A DNA stretch of 33,335 nt from Bacteroidetes bacterium GWA2_31_9. Its GTDB lineage: Bacteria > Bacteroidota > Bacteroidia > Bacteroidales > GWF2-33-38. A program made the translations under genes and the position numbers. How positions within the stretch are numbered: position 1 is the stretch's first letter; the number at the start of each line of letters is the position of its first letter. Under the pieces are notes generated by a model, which worked only from the letters and a program-made list of their open reading frames with translations, ran no database searches and was not told where the DNA came from. Shown here piece after piece: positions 9,635-19,817 of this stretch. Where the stretch lies: assembly GCA_001768975.1 (NCBI GenBank), contig MEND01000230.1:13311-46645 (forward strand), in the 5' to 3' direction.

Positions 9635-9642
9635 CAAATTTA
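9635..9642 (-). promoter_or_regulatory. Putative -7 promoter motif TAAATTTG for the MNT-HEPN operon
   Basis: TAnnTTTG match 18 nt upstream of the GTG start. Confidence 0.55.
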
Positions 9643-9704
9643 TACTTTTTATCAGTAGTATCTGACTAATTTATTAATTTATTTTACTTATTTGAAATAA
9701 CCAA

Positions 9705-9712
9705 TACATTTG
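9705..9712 (+). promoter_or_regulatory. Putative -7 promoter motif TACATTTG for the MFS gene
   Basis: TAnnTTTG match 13 nt upstream of the ATG. Confidence 0.5.
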
Positions 9713-9725
9713 CTAAATTTTATTT

Positions 9726-10904
9726 ATGAATAATCCGAAAATTACAATCTGGTCAAAAAGCTTTATATTACTGACATTGTCAGTGCTTTTTATGGCAATT
9801 TCGTTTTATTTTCTGATTCCAACATTGCCTTTATACATAAGTCAGGTATTACATGCCGATAACAGTACCGTTGGTTTTGTTATTGCTATGTTTACAATCT
9901 CGGCACTTATTATTCGACCATTTGGTGGATATTTTTTAGATAGAATGGGAAGAAAAATTATTTTTATTATTTCATTCGTTTTTATGGCAATTTTTTTCAA
10001 TTTATACCTTGTTGCATCAACAGTTGTATTAATGGCTGCTTTCAGATTTATTCACGGTTTGGCTTGGGGAGTTACTTCAACATCTGGAGCTACTCTGGCA
10101 GTTGATATTTTGCCATGCGAAAAGAGGGGCGAAGGGCTTGGGATTTATGGTTTATCTATGCCAATTGCAATGTCGATTGGACCATTATTAGGATTTTATA
10201 TTTTGCATGTTTCGAATTACAATATATTATTTATTTCGGGCTTTGTACTTTGCTTAATAGGTCTGATTCTAACACTATTTATAAAATATCCACATTATGA
10301 AAAGCCAAAAAAAACAAGAGGTTTAGGATTTCATTCTTTAATTGAAGTAAAAAGTTTGCCTCTTTCAATTAATGTATTATTTACATCATTGCCTTATGGA
10401 GGATTGGTTTCTTTTGTTGCACTTTATGCAGCAGAAGCAGGAGTTCAAAATGCAGGTTTGTTTTTTCTGATTTTTGCAGGCGGAATAGCTATTTCAAGAA
10501 TATTTGCAGGAAAAATATTTGATAAATTCGGACCTAAAAATTTATTTTTATCAGGTATTGTATTGTTAATTATTGGCTTACCAATTCTGGCATTGTTTAA
10601 AAATCCTTATGGTTTTTTTATATCAGCAGCTATTTTAGGAATTGGCAATGGAATAATTTTTCCTGTAAGTCAGGCTATGATTAACAATATGGTATTAATA
10701 AATCGTAGAGGAGTGGCAAATTCTACATTATTTTTAGCTTTCGATTTAGGAATTGGTTCAGGTATGATTCTAACAGGATTTTTAGCCGATAAAATTTCTT
10801 TATCAAATACATTTTTATTGAGTTCTGCCATTTGCATACTAGGCTTGATTTACGCTTTGTTTTTTGTTTTTAAACATTATGAGAAGAACAAGATAAATAT
10901 ATAA
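9726..10904 (+). CDS. MFS transporter
   Basis: About 12 hydrophobic segments; motif A GYFLDRMGRK and repeat GKIFDKFGPK. Confidence 0.92.
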   Translation: MNNPKITIWSKSFILLTLSVLFMAISFYFLIPTLPLYISQVLHADNSTVGFVIAMFTISALIIRPFGGYFLDRMGRKIIFIISFVFMAIFFNLYLVASTVVLMAAFRFIHGLAWGVTSTSGATLAVDILPCEKRGEGLGIYGLSMPIAMSIGPLLGFYILHVSNYNILFISGFVLCLIGLILTLFIKYPHYEKPKKTRGLGFHSLIEVKSLPLSINVLFTSLPYGGLVSFVALYAAEAGVQNAGLFFLIFAGGIAISRIFAGKIFDKFGPKNLFLSGIVLLIIGLPILALFKNPYGFFISAAILGIGNGIIFPVSQAMINNMVLINRRGVANSTLFLAFDLGIGSGMILTGFLADKISLSNTFLLSSAICILGLIYALFFVFKHYEKNKINI

Positions 10905-10945
10905 ATATGTTTGTAGTTTGTTGTTTCTGGTACGATTGTGTTTTA

Positions 10946-10953
10946 TATCTTTG
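10946..10953 (+). promoter_or_regulatory. Putative -7 promoter motif TATCTTTG
   Basis: TAnnTTTG match 40 nt upstream of the lipoprotein gene, with TTTG/TTG further upstream. Confidence 0.55.
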
Positions 10954-10993
10954 AGCTTTATAATGAATTTAGTAATTAATTAAATATATAATT

Positions 10994-13057
10994 ATGAGAA
11001 TTTTAACTGTAATTTCAATTGTTATGATAATGTTTTCATGCAATAATAATTTTAAAGCTCCTGATTTGATGAATAAAAATGAAGGAATTGATAAAAACGC
11101 TGTGAGTGCTATAATAGACAGTATGATAGCTAAATTTGGAACTGATAATCAAGAACGAATTAAAAAAGCTGTTAGCCAAGTTGCTGAGTTATGGAAAGAA
11201 AGTGATGGTAATTCAGACGAATTTAAACAATTCTGTTTGTCGAATTTTTATAACGATGATAAGGAATTAGACTTATTATTCAACAAAATATCAAGAAATT
11301 ATGAAGTTTTAAATGGTTATTTCAATAAAATAAGTATTGAACTTAAAAAGCCTTTACATCTTGATATGGGCGATATAAATGCCATTGACGAACTTTTTGG
11401 AAGTTATGAGCCAAGTTCACATTTAACCGAAGATTTTTTTGTAAATAAATTGGCGTTTATTGTAATGCTGAATTTTCCACATTATAGCCTTTCTGAAAAA
11501 GCCGAAAACGGAAAAAGCTGGACGAGCAAACAATGGGCTTATGCAAGAGTTGGAGATATGTACACATCACGAGTCCCTGCTGATTTATTACAAAATTATT
11601 CAAATAAAACTACATCGGCAGATACTTATATTTCAGAGTATAATATTTATATGGGAAATCTGATTAATTTAGACAAAAAAACACTTTTTCCTGCTGAATT
11701 AAAACTAATTACACACTGGGGTTTAAGAGACGAACTTAAATCGAATTATAATGTCGAAAATGGTTTCGATAAGCAAAAAATGATTTATGCTGTTATGAAA
11801 AATATTATTTCTCAAGAAATTCCTGAAAGTGTTATCAATTCAAACGAAAATTTGTGGAATCCTTTTGAAAATAAGTTATTTAAAAATGATGGAACTGAAA
11901 TTAAGTTCAAACCTGAGCCTAATGTTCGTTACCAGCATATAATTGAAGTTTTTAATGCACAAACAGAAATTGATAAATATAATCCGTTAGAGCCATCTTA
12001 TATTCAACGAAAATTTGACGGCGAAATGGAGCTACTTCAGGACGAAGTTGAAAAATTATTTATTGATTATATTTCTTCGCCAACAATTAAAGAAGTTGCA
12101 GAATTAATTAAAAAGCGATTAGGTCGAAATCTTGAACCATTTGATATTTGGTACGATGGATTTAAGTCGAGAAGCAGCATAAACGAAGAAGAGTTAAACA
12201 AAATAGTTTCTGCTAAATATCCTAGCAAAGATGCGTTTGAAAAGGATTTGCCTTCAATTTTAGTTAAATTGGGATTCCAACAGGAAAAGGCAAACTTTAT
12301 AACTTCTAAAATTGTTGTTGACGCATCACGTGGAGCAGGACATGCTTGGGGTGCAGAAATGAAAGACGATAAATCTCGATTAAGAACAAGGGTAGGAGAT
12401 AAGGGCATGGATTATAAAGGTTATAATATTGCAGTTCACGAATTTGGACACAATGTGGAACAAACCATATCGTTGCATGATGTTGATTTTTATAGCCTTA
12501 GAGGTGTTCCGAATACTGCTTTTACCGAAGCTTTGGCTTTTGTTTTTCAGGAAAGAGATTTAGAATTATTAAATATTAAAAGCACTGACGAAAATAAAAA
12601 ACATTTAATGGCACTTGACAATTTTTGGTCAACTTATGAAATAATGGGCGTTTCGCTTGTTGACCAGAAAGTTTGGAAATGGCTTTACGAGCATCCAAAA
12701 GCAAATGCTGAAGAATTAAAAGTTGCTGTAAATTCAATTTCAATTGAGGTTTGGAATACATATTATGCAGATGTTTTTGGCATTAAAGACCAGCCAATTT
12801 TGGCAATTTATTCTCACATGATTGATGCTCCACTTTATCTTTCGGCTTATCCAATTGGATTGTTAATTCAATTCCAGCTTGAGAAACATTTTGAAACTCA
12901 CGATTTTGCAACAGAAGTACAACGAATTTATAAAACCGGAAGATTAATTCCTCAAATTTGGATGAAAAATGCAGTTGGAAGTGAAATTTCTGCACAACCT
13001 ATGATTGATGCAGCTTCTGAGGCTGTCAAAGTAGTTGAAAGTGGAAAGATGGAATAA
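10994..13057 (+). CDS. Lipoprotein, putative gluzincin zinc metallopeptidase (M2/M3-like)
   Basis: Lipobox MFSC; HEFGH zinc motif with a downstream Glu in NTAFTEALA. Confidence 0.7.
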   Translation: MRILTVISIVMIMFSCNNNFKAPDLMNKNEGIDKNAVSAIIDSMIAKFGTDNQERIKKAVSQVAELWKESDGNSDEFKQFCLSNFYNDDKELDLLFNKISRNYEVLNGYFNKISIELKKPLHLDMGDINAIDELFGSYEPSSHLTEDFFVNKLAFIVMLNFPHYSLSEKAENGKSWTSKQWAYARVGDMYTSRVPADLLQNYSNKTTSADTYISEYNIYMGNLINLDKKTLFPAELKLITHWGLRDELKSNYNVENGFDKQKMIYAVMKNIISQEIPESVINSNENLWNPFENKLFKNDGTEIKFKPEPNVRYQHIIEVFNAQTEIDKYNPLEPSYIQRKFDGEMELLQDEVEKLFIDYISSPTIKEVAELIKKRLGRNLEPFDIWYDGFKSRSSINEEELNKIVSAKYPSKDAFEKDLPSILVKLGFQQEKANFITSKIVVDASRGAGHAWGAEMKDDKSRLRTRVGDKGMDYKGYNIAVHEFGHNVEQTISLHDVDFYSLRGVPNTAFTEALAFVFQERDLELLNIKSTDENKKHLMALDNFWSTYEIMGVSLVDQKVWKWLYEHPKANAEELKVAVNSISIEVWNTYYADVFGIKDQPILAIYSHMIDAPLYLSAYPIGLLIQFQLEKHFETHDFATEVQRIYKTGRLIPQIWMKNAVGSEISAQPMIDAASEAVKVVESGKME

Positions 13058-13163
13058 AGGAATAATCTATATGAAATAGATGTTTCTATGCTATTTCTAA
13101 TTAGAAGTAAATTTTTTTGGATTTTTCAAAACTAGATTCAAATTTTTAATTGAAAAAAAATAT

Positions 13164-13171
13164 TAAATTTG
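13164..13171 (+). promoter_or_regulatory. Putative -7 promoter motif TAAATTTG for the ATPase pair
   Basis: TAnnTTTG match 21 nt upstream of the ATG. Confidence 0.5.
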
Positions 13172-13192
13172 TCAATAACTATATAGAAATTA

Positions 13193-14404
13193 ATGATAAA
13201 ATCAATTCAAATAAAAAACTTTAAATCTGTAGTTGACCTTTCTCTTGATTTGGGTGTATTCAATGTTTTGATAGGAGAAAATGGTTGTGGTAAGTCAAAT
13301 GTTTTAGAAGCAATTGCCTTTGGAGCAGCAGCTAGCAATGACAAGCTTGATTATGAGTATTTTGGAAACAGAGGCATTAGAGCTACAAATCCTGAATTTA
13401 TGTATTCAGCATTTACGAATGGTAAAAAAAAGAAGTCAATTGAAGTTAACATTACTACTGATGAAAGACAATATCCGTATAATTTAGAGCATGAACAAAA
13501 CAATACTAAAAGATGGGTAAACAAAAATAAAGAAGTTGCGTTGAAAGAAATTGAAAAGATTTTTAAAACGTTATATCTTGAAAATGATGAAGAAAAAAGA
13601 GCAAAAGTTTTAGCTGAAATTAGCGAAGGCAAAGATGAAATACTTTTGATTTCTGAATTATTAAAACCCTATAGAAGTGAAAATGATTTAAAAGAATTTT
13701 TTGGCAAACTTTATCCAACATTATTAGAGAAAGCATTTTCTAATAATGAGATTTCTGAATACATGATTTATTCTCCCGAACAAAGTCATTTAAGAAAAAC
13801 TGACGAAACAACACCTATTTATCCACTTGGAAATAAGGGAGAAGGACTTTTTCAATTCATTAAGGAACTTGCTTATGACAAGAAGAACAAGATAACATTA
13901 AGTAATATTAAAAATAATTTAAATCTTCTTGATTGGTATGAAGACTTTGACTTACCTGAAAATTTAATGACTAATGAATTTTCTCTGAAAATAAAAGACA
14001 AATATCTTTACGAAAATCTTAAATACTTCGACCAACGTAGCACTAACGAAGGTTTTTTGTTTTTGCTTTTTTATTCTACATTATTTATTTCTAAGATAAC
14101 TCCTTCTTTTTTTGCTATTGACAATATTGATGCATCATTTAATCCAAAATTATGTATGCAGTTGACAATGAATCTTGCAACTTTAGCAAAAAAACATAAA
14201 AAGCAAGTAATTGTTACAACGCAAAACCCTGCTATCTTAGATGGTTTGAATTTAAAAGACGACAATCAACGTTTATTTGTAATAAGTAGAAATAGTGATG
14301 GACATACAAGAGCAGAAAGAATAAATTATAATGAAAAACGAACGATGAGATTATCTGAGGTTTGGACAAAAGGTTTCATTGGAGGACTACCCGAAAATTT
14401 CTAA
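13193..14404 (+). CDS. ABC-type ATPase (AAA_15/AAA_21-like), probable defence-associated
   Basis: IKNFKS start, Walker A GENGCGKSN, helical insert, variant Walker B FAIDNID, switch region IVTTQNP. Confidence 0.85.
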   Translation: MIKSIQIKNFKSVVDLSLDLGVFNVLIGENGCGKSNVLEAIAFGAAASNDKLDYEYFGNRGIRATNPEFMYSAFTNGKKKKSIEVNITTDERQYPYNLEHEQNNTKRWVNKNKEVALKEIEKIFKTLYLENDEEKRAKVLAEISEGKDEILLISELLKPYRSENDLKEFFGKLYPTLLEKAFSNNEISEYMIYSPEQSHLRKTDETTPIYPLGNKGEGLFQFIKELAYDKKNKITLSNIKNNLNLLDWYEDFDLPENLMTNEFSLKIKDKYLYENLKYFDQRSTNEGFLFLLFYSTLFISKITPSFFAIDNIDASFNPKLCMQLTMNLATLAKKHKKQVIVTTQNPAILDGLNLKDDNQRLFVISRNSDGHTRAERINYNEKRTMRLSEVWTKGFIGGLPENF

Positions 14405-14418
14405 TTATATAATTGTAA

Positions 14419-15090
14419 ATGAAATTTGCACTAATCACAGAAGGAATATCTGAGCATAGAATTATTAGACATATTCTTGAGAAATTTTTCAAAGATAAAG
14501 TCCCATTTATTAGACAAATTCAACCACAAATATTTAATGAAAAACAAATTTCAATTGGTAGTTGGAATGAAGTATTGAAGTATTGTGGAAGAACAGATGA
14601 TTTAAAAGAAATTTTTAACAATAATGATTATTTAATAATTCAAATTGACACCGACAAATCACAAACAAAACCATTTAGCATTAGTCATTCAAAGATAGAT
14701 AATACATTAAAATCAGTTGATGAATTATGCAATGAAGTTATTGTGAAGTTAAAAAGTATTATTAGCCTTGAAATTATTAAAGAACACGGTAATAAGATTT
14801 TCTTTGCAATTTGCGTACATTCTATTGAATGTTGGTTACTACCTTTATTATATACAAACAATCTTAAGTCAAAAACACATGGTTGCATTGATACACTTAA
14901 CACTGAATTAATAAAAAAAAATATTCATATAATTCCAAATGGAAATAAAAACAATCATAATGCAATTAGAACTTATGAGACAATATTAAAAATTTGGAAA
15001 AGAAAACAAGATATAATTGAATCATCTAAACATAATGAGGGATTTAAAAAGTTTATTAATTCGCTAAAAACAATTGATTTAACAAAATAA
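14419..15090 (+). CDS. TOPRIM-like (RloB/DUF4276-like) partner of the ATPase
   Basis: N-terminal LITEGISE, IQIDTD (DxD), SIECWLL; 14 nt downstream of the ATPase. Confidence 0.65.
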   Translation: MKFALITEGISEHRIIRHILEKFFKDKVPFIRQIQPQIFNEKQISIGSWNEVLKYCGRTDDLKEIFNNNDYLIIQIDTDKSQTKPFSISHSKIDNTLKSVDELCNEVIVKLKSIISLEIIKEHGNKIFFAICVHSIECWLLPLLYTNNLKSKTHGCIDTLNTELIKKNIHIIPNGNKNNHNAIRTYETILKIWKRKQDIIESSKHNEGFKKFINSLKTIDLTK

Positions 15091-15136
15091 AATGTTTTCG
15101 TTATTCTACTAATATACGTTAAAATAATCTTAAAAA

Positions 15137-17164
15137 ATGAGTTTTTTATACCCATCAATGCTTTTTGGATTATTGGCAGTTTCGATTCCAATAATTGTTC
15201 ATTTATTTAACTTCCGAAAATATAAAACTGTTTACTTCAGCAATATATCTTTTCTGAAAAATATAAAACAAGAAACTAAAGCTAAATCGCAGTTAAAGCA
15301 TTTATTAATTTTATTTTCAAGAATTTTAGCAATTATATTTTTGGTTCTCGCTTTTGCACAACCCTTTATTCCTGTTAGCACGCAGCACGAATCAAATGCA
15401 GGTTTGGTTTCGGTTTATGTTGATAATTCATTTAGTATGGAAGCCGATGGCGAAACTGGAAAAATTCTGGAAGCAGCCAAGAGCAAAGCAAGCGAAATTG
15501 CTGAAGCATATCCAGCATCGACAAAGTTTATTTTGGTAACAAACGATTTTTATTCTAAGAATCAGCATCCTGTGAGCAGAGACCAATTCCAATTGAATGT
15601 TTCTGATATTCAATCGTCTCCAATAGTTAGAAATACTTCTGAAATTATTTCAAAATTCAATTCTTTTAAGGATTTTGGAATTAAACAGATGAATTATTAT
15701 TTGTCTGATTTTCAAAAGTCGAGTACCGATTTTTCAAATGTATCACCAGATACTTCAATGGATTATTATTTAATGCCTTTTGAAAATACAAATTACAACA
15801 ATTTATATATTGATTCCAGTTGGTTCGAGACTCCAGAGCATAAGCTTTTGCAAACAGAAAACTTTAATATCAAAATTGTAAATAAATCGGAAGAAACCTA
15901 TCAGAATATTTCACTAAAACTGTTTATAAACGACACATTAAAAGCCGTTAATAGCTTCAATATTGATAAAGCCAGCGAAAAAACGATAAGCCTTTCGTAC
16001 ACCAATACAACAAATAAAATTATCAAAGGAAAGGTAGAAATTACTGATTATCCTATTGTTTATGACAATGTCTTGTATTTTAGTTATTTAATTCCAGAAC
16101 AAATATCTGTACTTTCAATTTTCAGTAAAGAACCAAATTTGTTTATAAATAGCCTGCTAGACGATACACTTTATAAGGTTTCATCTGAAAATGTTAAGAA
16201 TCTGAATTATTCGGAGTTTAAAACTTATGATGTAATTATTTTAGACCAGATTGATGAGTTTTCTACAGGTTTGACTCACGAAATTGAACAATATGTTGCA
16301 AACGGCGGAACTTTGGTGTTTTTTCCTTCAAATAAAAGCAATTTAAGTTCGTACAATTTATTTTTTGAAAAACTTAATTTGCCTCAGGCTTCGGGAGTTG
16401 ATACTGTAAAAACTCAAATTCGATTTGTTAATACTGAAAATAATATATTTAAAAACGTATTTAAAAAGCTAAAAGAAAACTCTGATTTGCCAATTGTGAA
16501 TTCGCAATTATTGTATCAAAAGTCGAATTCGTTGAGCGAAGTGATATTGGAAACAAAAAATAATATGCCCGTATTGGCTTATTATCCATTTAGTAAAGGG
16601 AAAATCTATTTGTTTAGCATTAACCTGACAAAGGCATCTGGCAATTTTGCAACTCATCCGATTTTTATTCCAACTATGATTAACATTATCAATAATAGCT
16701 CGACACTAATGCCTATTTATTATTCTTTGGGCGATAATGTTAATGTTGATTATAGCTACAATAGTGAAAATGCAAATACAGTTTTTAAAATTAAAAATGA
16801 ATCAAGCGATTTTGAATTTATTCCATTTTTTAAATTACAAAGCTCAGGATTAAACATCAATATAAGCAACGAAATAAGCTCGTCTGGCAATTATATAGTG
16901 TTTGACGATAAATCTGCCCTGTTTCCATTATCTTTCAATTACAAGCGATCTGAATCCGATTTAGCTAGTTATAGTTTTGATGATATTCAGAATTGGATAA
17001 ATACAAAAGCAAATAATTGTTTTTATCTTTTTGAAAATAAAAACATTCAAATTTCAAAGCAAATTAACGAAATCAATTCAGGATTAAAGCTTTGGAAGTT
17101 TGCTTTAGCACTCGCATTATTATTCCTTATTGTTGAAATGTTGTTGATTCGATTTTTGAAGTAA
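15137..17164 (+). CDS. BatA domain-containing membrane protein (N-terminal double TM, vWA-like domain)
   Basis: FLYP..LFGL...IPIIVHLFNFR...F; LAFAQP; MIDAS-like DNSFSM; C-terminal LWK..L.LAL.FL..EM. Confidence 0.88.
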   Translation: MSFLYPSMLFGLLAVSIPIIVHLFNFRKYKTVYFSNISFLKNIKQETKAKSQLKHLLILFSRILAIIFLVLAFAQPFIPVSTQHESNAGLVSVYVDNSFSMEADGETGKILEAAKSKASEIAEAYPASTKFILVTNDFYSKNQHPVSRDQFQLNVSDIQSSPIVRNTSEIISKFNSFKDFGIKQMNYYLSDFQKSSTDFSNVSPDTSMDYYLMPFENTNYNNLYIDSSWFETPEHKLLQTENFNIKIVNKSEETYQNISLKLFINDTLKAVNSFNIDKASEKTISLSYTNTTNKIIKGKVEITDYPIVYDNVLYFSYLIPEQISVLSIFSKEPNLFINSLLDDTLYKVSSENVKNLNYSEFKTYDVIILDQIDEFSTGLTHEIEQYVANGGTLVFFPSNKSNLSSYNLFFEKLNLPQASGVDTVKTQIRFVNTENNIFKNVFKKLKENSDLPIVNSQLLYQKSNSLSEVILETKNNMPVLAYYPFSKGKIYLFSINLTKASGNFATHPIFIPTMINIINNSSTLMPIYYSLGDNVNVDYSYNSENANTVFKIKNESSDFEFIPFFKLQSSGLNINISNEISSSGNYIVFDDKSALFPLSFNYKRSESDLASYSFDDIQNWINTKANNCFYLFENKNIQISKQINEINSGLKLWKFALALALLFLIVEMLLIRFLK

Positions 17165-17171
17165 CAAATTT

Positions 17172-18560
17172 CTAATTGTTAATCAATTTATTAAGAATAA
17201 CAGATAAATATTCTACCCCTATTTTTTTAGCAATAATTCGTTTGTCTTTATCAAGTATAAAAATAGAAGGAGTAACTGTTAAATCGTAGTAATTCTTATA
17301 ATTGGAAGTATTAAATGGGTCGTAAACATTCAAAAATGAGTTTAAATCATTTTCTTTTATAAACTCCGACCATAAAGGATAATTTTCACCGATATAGACA
17401 GCTAAAACCTTCAATTTATCATTATCAAATTTTTGATACATTTCCTTCAGCTCAGGAATTTCATCTCTGCAATGGTCGCAATCTGGATCCCAAAAAAATA
17501 AAATTGTAAAATCTGCACTAATTTCAAGCATTGAAATATTGTTTCCGGCATAACTTTGCATTACAATTTCAGGAGCTTTTTCTCCTAATAAAGTTGGTCT
17601 GAGTTTATCGGTTCTTTTTTTTAAGTTTAATAAAAAATTAATATCGCCCCATAGGTCTTGTTTGCTTATAAAATACTTATCAGCAATGTTTACAAATAGT
17701 TCATCTGTATTAAAGTTATAAGTAGTTTCTGCCATATTTATCAAATAAACAAGTGCATATTTGTAAATATCTATATTAATATTTGGATTTGAAAGTAGCT
17801 TTTCTGATTCAAAATGTATTGAATCCTGACTTTGAAAAACTACGTTTTTAAAAAAAATATCTAATTTATTGTGAAGTACAGGCGAACGTAGGATTCTGGA
17901 ATCGCTAAAATCAAAATTGTCGAAAAAATGTTCTTTATAATAAAAGGTTTCTAAAACTTTATTTTTTTTCTTTTTTATTGATTTTGGAATTTCAGGCTCA
18001 AGCATTGAATTAAGAATTAATCCAAGAAGAGAGCCTTTGTTCTTAATTGCAGTTTCTTTCCAATAATCGTAAATTATATCTTGAGTCTTTTCAATTTTAG
18101 AGTCAATAACACTAATTTGTAATGAATCAGTAATTCCTTTTTTTTCACTAACCAAATTATAGATTTCAATTTGTTGTTTTCTCACATATTTCTGATAGTC
18201 ATTGAATTTAGAATTTTCAGGTGAATTTTTGAAATCTAGATTTTCAACTAAATTTAAAGTATCAGTAAAAATTGAAAAGTGTTGATTTTCTGAGATTAAT
18301 ATTTCAACAAATTTTTTTGTAGGAGTAATAATTAAATAAACACCTTGTAATAATTTTTCATTACCAATAAAATTACCTTCTCCATTTTCGTTCAATAAAA
18401 TAGTATCAATGACATATTTTCTAATACCATAATGATATCCCAAATAAACGGGATTATTACTTAGGTTTTTAATTGAAATCTTAATATTATGCCCTGTTTC
18501 TTGGCTATATAATATTGTTGATGATATAAATATTAAAAAAACTGCTAGAAAAAGTTTCAT
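17172..18560 (-). CDS. Exported thioredoxin-like (TlpA/AhpC-TSA, DUF5106-type) protein
   Basis: Signal peptide; C-terminal GEKAP, FWDPDCDHC, TPSIFILDKD. Confidence 0.85.
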   Translation of the reverse strand: MKLFLAVFLIFISSTILYSQETGHNIKISIKNLSNNPVYLGYHYGIRKYVIDTILLNENGEGNFIGNEKLLQGVYLIITPTKKFVEILISENQHFSIFTDTLNLVENLDFKNSPENSKFNDYQKYVRKQQIEIYNLVSEKKGITDSLQISVIDSKIEKTQDIIYDYWKETAIKNKGSLLGLILNSMLEPEIPKSIKKKKNKVLETFYYKEHFFDNFDFSDSRILRSPVLHNKLDIFFKNVVFQSQDSIHFESEKLLSNPNINIDIYKYALVYLINMAETTYNFNTDELFVNIADKYFISKQDLWGDINFLLNLKKRTDKLRPTLLGEKAPEIVMQSYAGNNISMLEISADFTILFFWDPDCDHCRDEIPELKEMYQKFDNDKLKVLAVYIGENYPLWSEFIKENDLNSFLNVYDPFNTSNYKNYYDLTVTPSIFILDKDKRIIAKKIGVEYLSVILNKLINN

Positions 18561-18568
18561 TTCAAATC

Positions 18569-19690
18569 TTACTGAAATATCTGATTAATAAGGATTTTAA
18601 TGTTTTTTTTGTTAGAATAATATTTATTCAAAATGGTTTTGCGATTTTCTATAAGCTCATCAGTAATTTCAACATGCATTAATTGATTAATCGATTCAAT
18701 TATATCTTCAGGAGTATCTTTAATGTAGCATAAGTCATCAAGTTCAGTATTATTAACCATTGTTTTATTAACTAAACAATGTCGTCCTAAATATAACGAT
18801 GATAATAGTTTTAGTTTAATTCCTGTGTCCTGAAATGTAATAAGTAGATTTATTTGAGCATTTTCGATCAGGTTTTTCATTTCTGCATCGTCAGGATTTT
18901 TAATTATTTCAACATTTTTATGCTTTAAAAGTAGCTTTGTGAAAGATTTTGAAGGATTATTACCTGCAATTTTAATTTTATAATCTATATTATCAAGAAC
19001 ATTATCAGCTAAATATTGTAATGCTTGAATATTTTCATTTACAGATAAGTTGCCATGATATAAGATATAATCACCAATTCCCTTTTTTGTAGTAACTTTT
19101 TCATTTGGATGAAAAGCAGGCAAATAAAACGATTTATTGTATTTTGAGAAAAGATAATCATTGTCGTTTTTTGAAATTGCAGCTATGTTGTTAGCATACA
19201 GAACATTTTTTTCATAGTTATTTAGTTTCTCAGATTCTTTTTTAAAAAATATTTTCTTTAAAATATTAGTTTCATTTAAATATAATTCATAATAGTAATG
19301 ATGTTCAATATTATGAGATCTTATTATTTTCATTCTGTTTTTCAATAATTTATCTCCGATGAAATATGTTGTATGTATCCCTTCAAATAAAATAGGGTAA
19401 TCATCTTTGATTAGATTATCAAGTAATTCTTTATTTGATCGAGTATTTACAATAAAAGGTAAGTTAGAAAACGCTTTTGATATTTTTTTTGGACGCTTAT
19501 AATAATAAACCTGTTCGCAATAGTTCAATAATTCATCATTATGAGCTCTACCATATTCAAAACAGTGAAGAATTACTTTGATTCCCTCATCCTTGAGTGC
19601 TTTGAGTTTATAAAAAACATCAATAATGCCACCGTAATTAGCAGGTAATGGGATATTAAACGAAACTATGTGAATGAATTTGTCAGCCAT
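18569..19690 (-). CDS. GT-B fold glycosyltransferase (GT4-like)
   Basis: P.PANYGG..DVFYK, HNIEH.YY, LYHGNL, TGIKLKLL. Confidence 0.8.
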   Translation of the reverse strand: MADKFIHIVSFNIPLPANYGGIIDVFYKLKALKDEGIKVILHCFEYGRAHNDELLNYCEQVYYYKRPKKISKAFSNLPFIVNTRSNKELLDNLIKDDYPILFEGIHTTYFIGDKLLKNRMKIIRSHNIEHHYYYELYLNETNILKKIFFKKESEKLNNYEKNVLYANNIAAISKNDNDYLFSKYNKSFYLPAFHPNEKVTTKKGIGDYILYHGNLSVNENIQALQYLADNVLDNIDYKIKIAGNNPSKSFTKLLLKHKNVEIIKNPDDAEMKNLIENAQINLLITFQDTGIKLKLLSSLYLGRHCLVNKTMVNNTELDDLCYIKDTPEDIIESINQLMHVEITDELIENRKTILNKYYSNKKNIKILINQIFQ

Positions 19691-19809
19691 ATTTATGATT
19701 TAAGATTAGATTAATTATTAAGCATCTGATTTAGACAGTTATAGTCCAGATGTTTTTGTTTAATTGAATATTTAAGAATCAATATATTTTTTAATAATTA
19801 AAAACTTAG

Positions 19810-19817
19810 CAAACCTA
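19810..19817 (-). promoter_or_regulatory. Putative -7 promoter motif TAGGTTTG for the glycosyltransferase
   Basis: TAnnTTTG match on the minus strand about 120 nt upstream. Confidence 0.4.

Noticed and set aside
13073-13106. GAAATAG...CTATTTC and TTCTAATTAGAA palindromes upstream of the ATPase
   Set aside because: Short and AT-rich; cannot be distinguished from chance
19723-19752. CATCTG...CAGATG hairpin in the glycosyltransferase leader
   Set aside because: Only a 6-bp outer stem and no recognisable riboswitch motif
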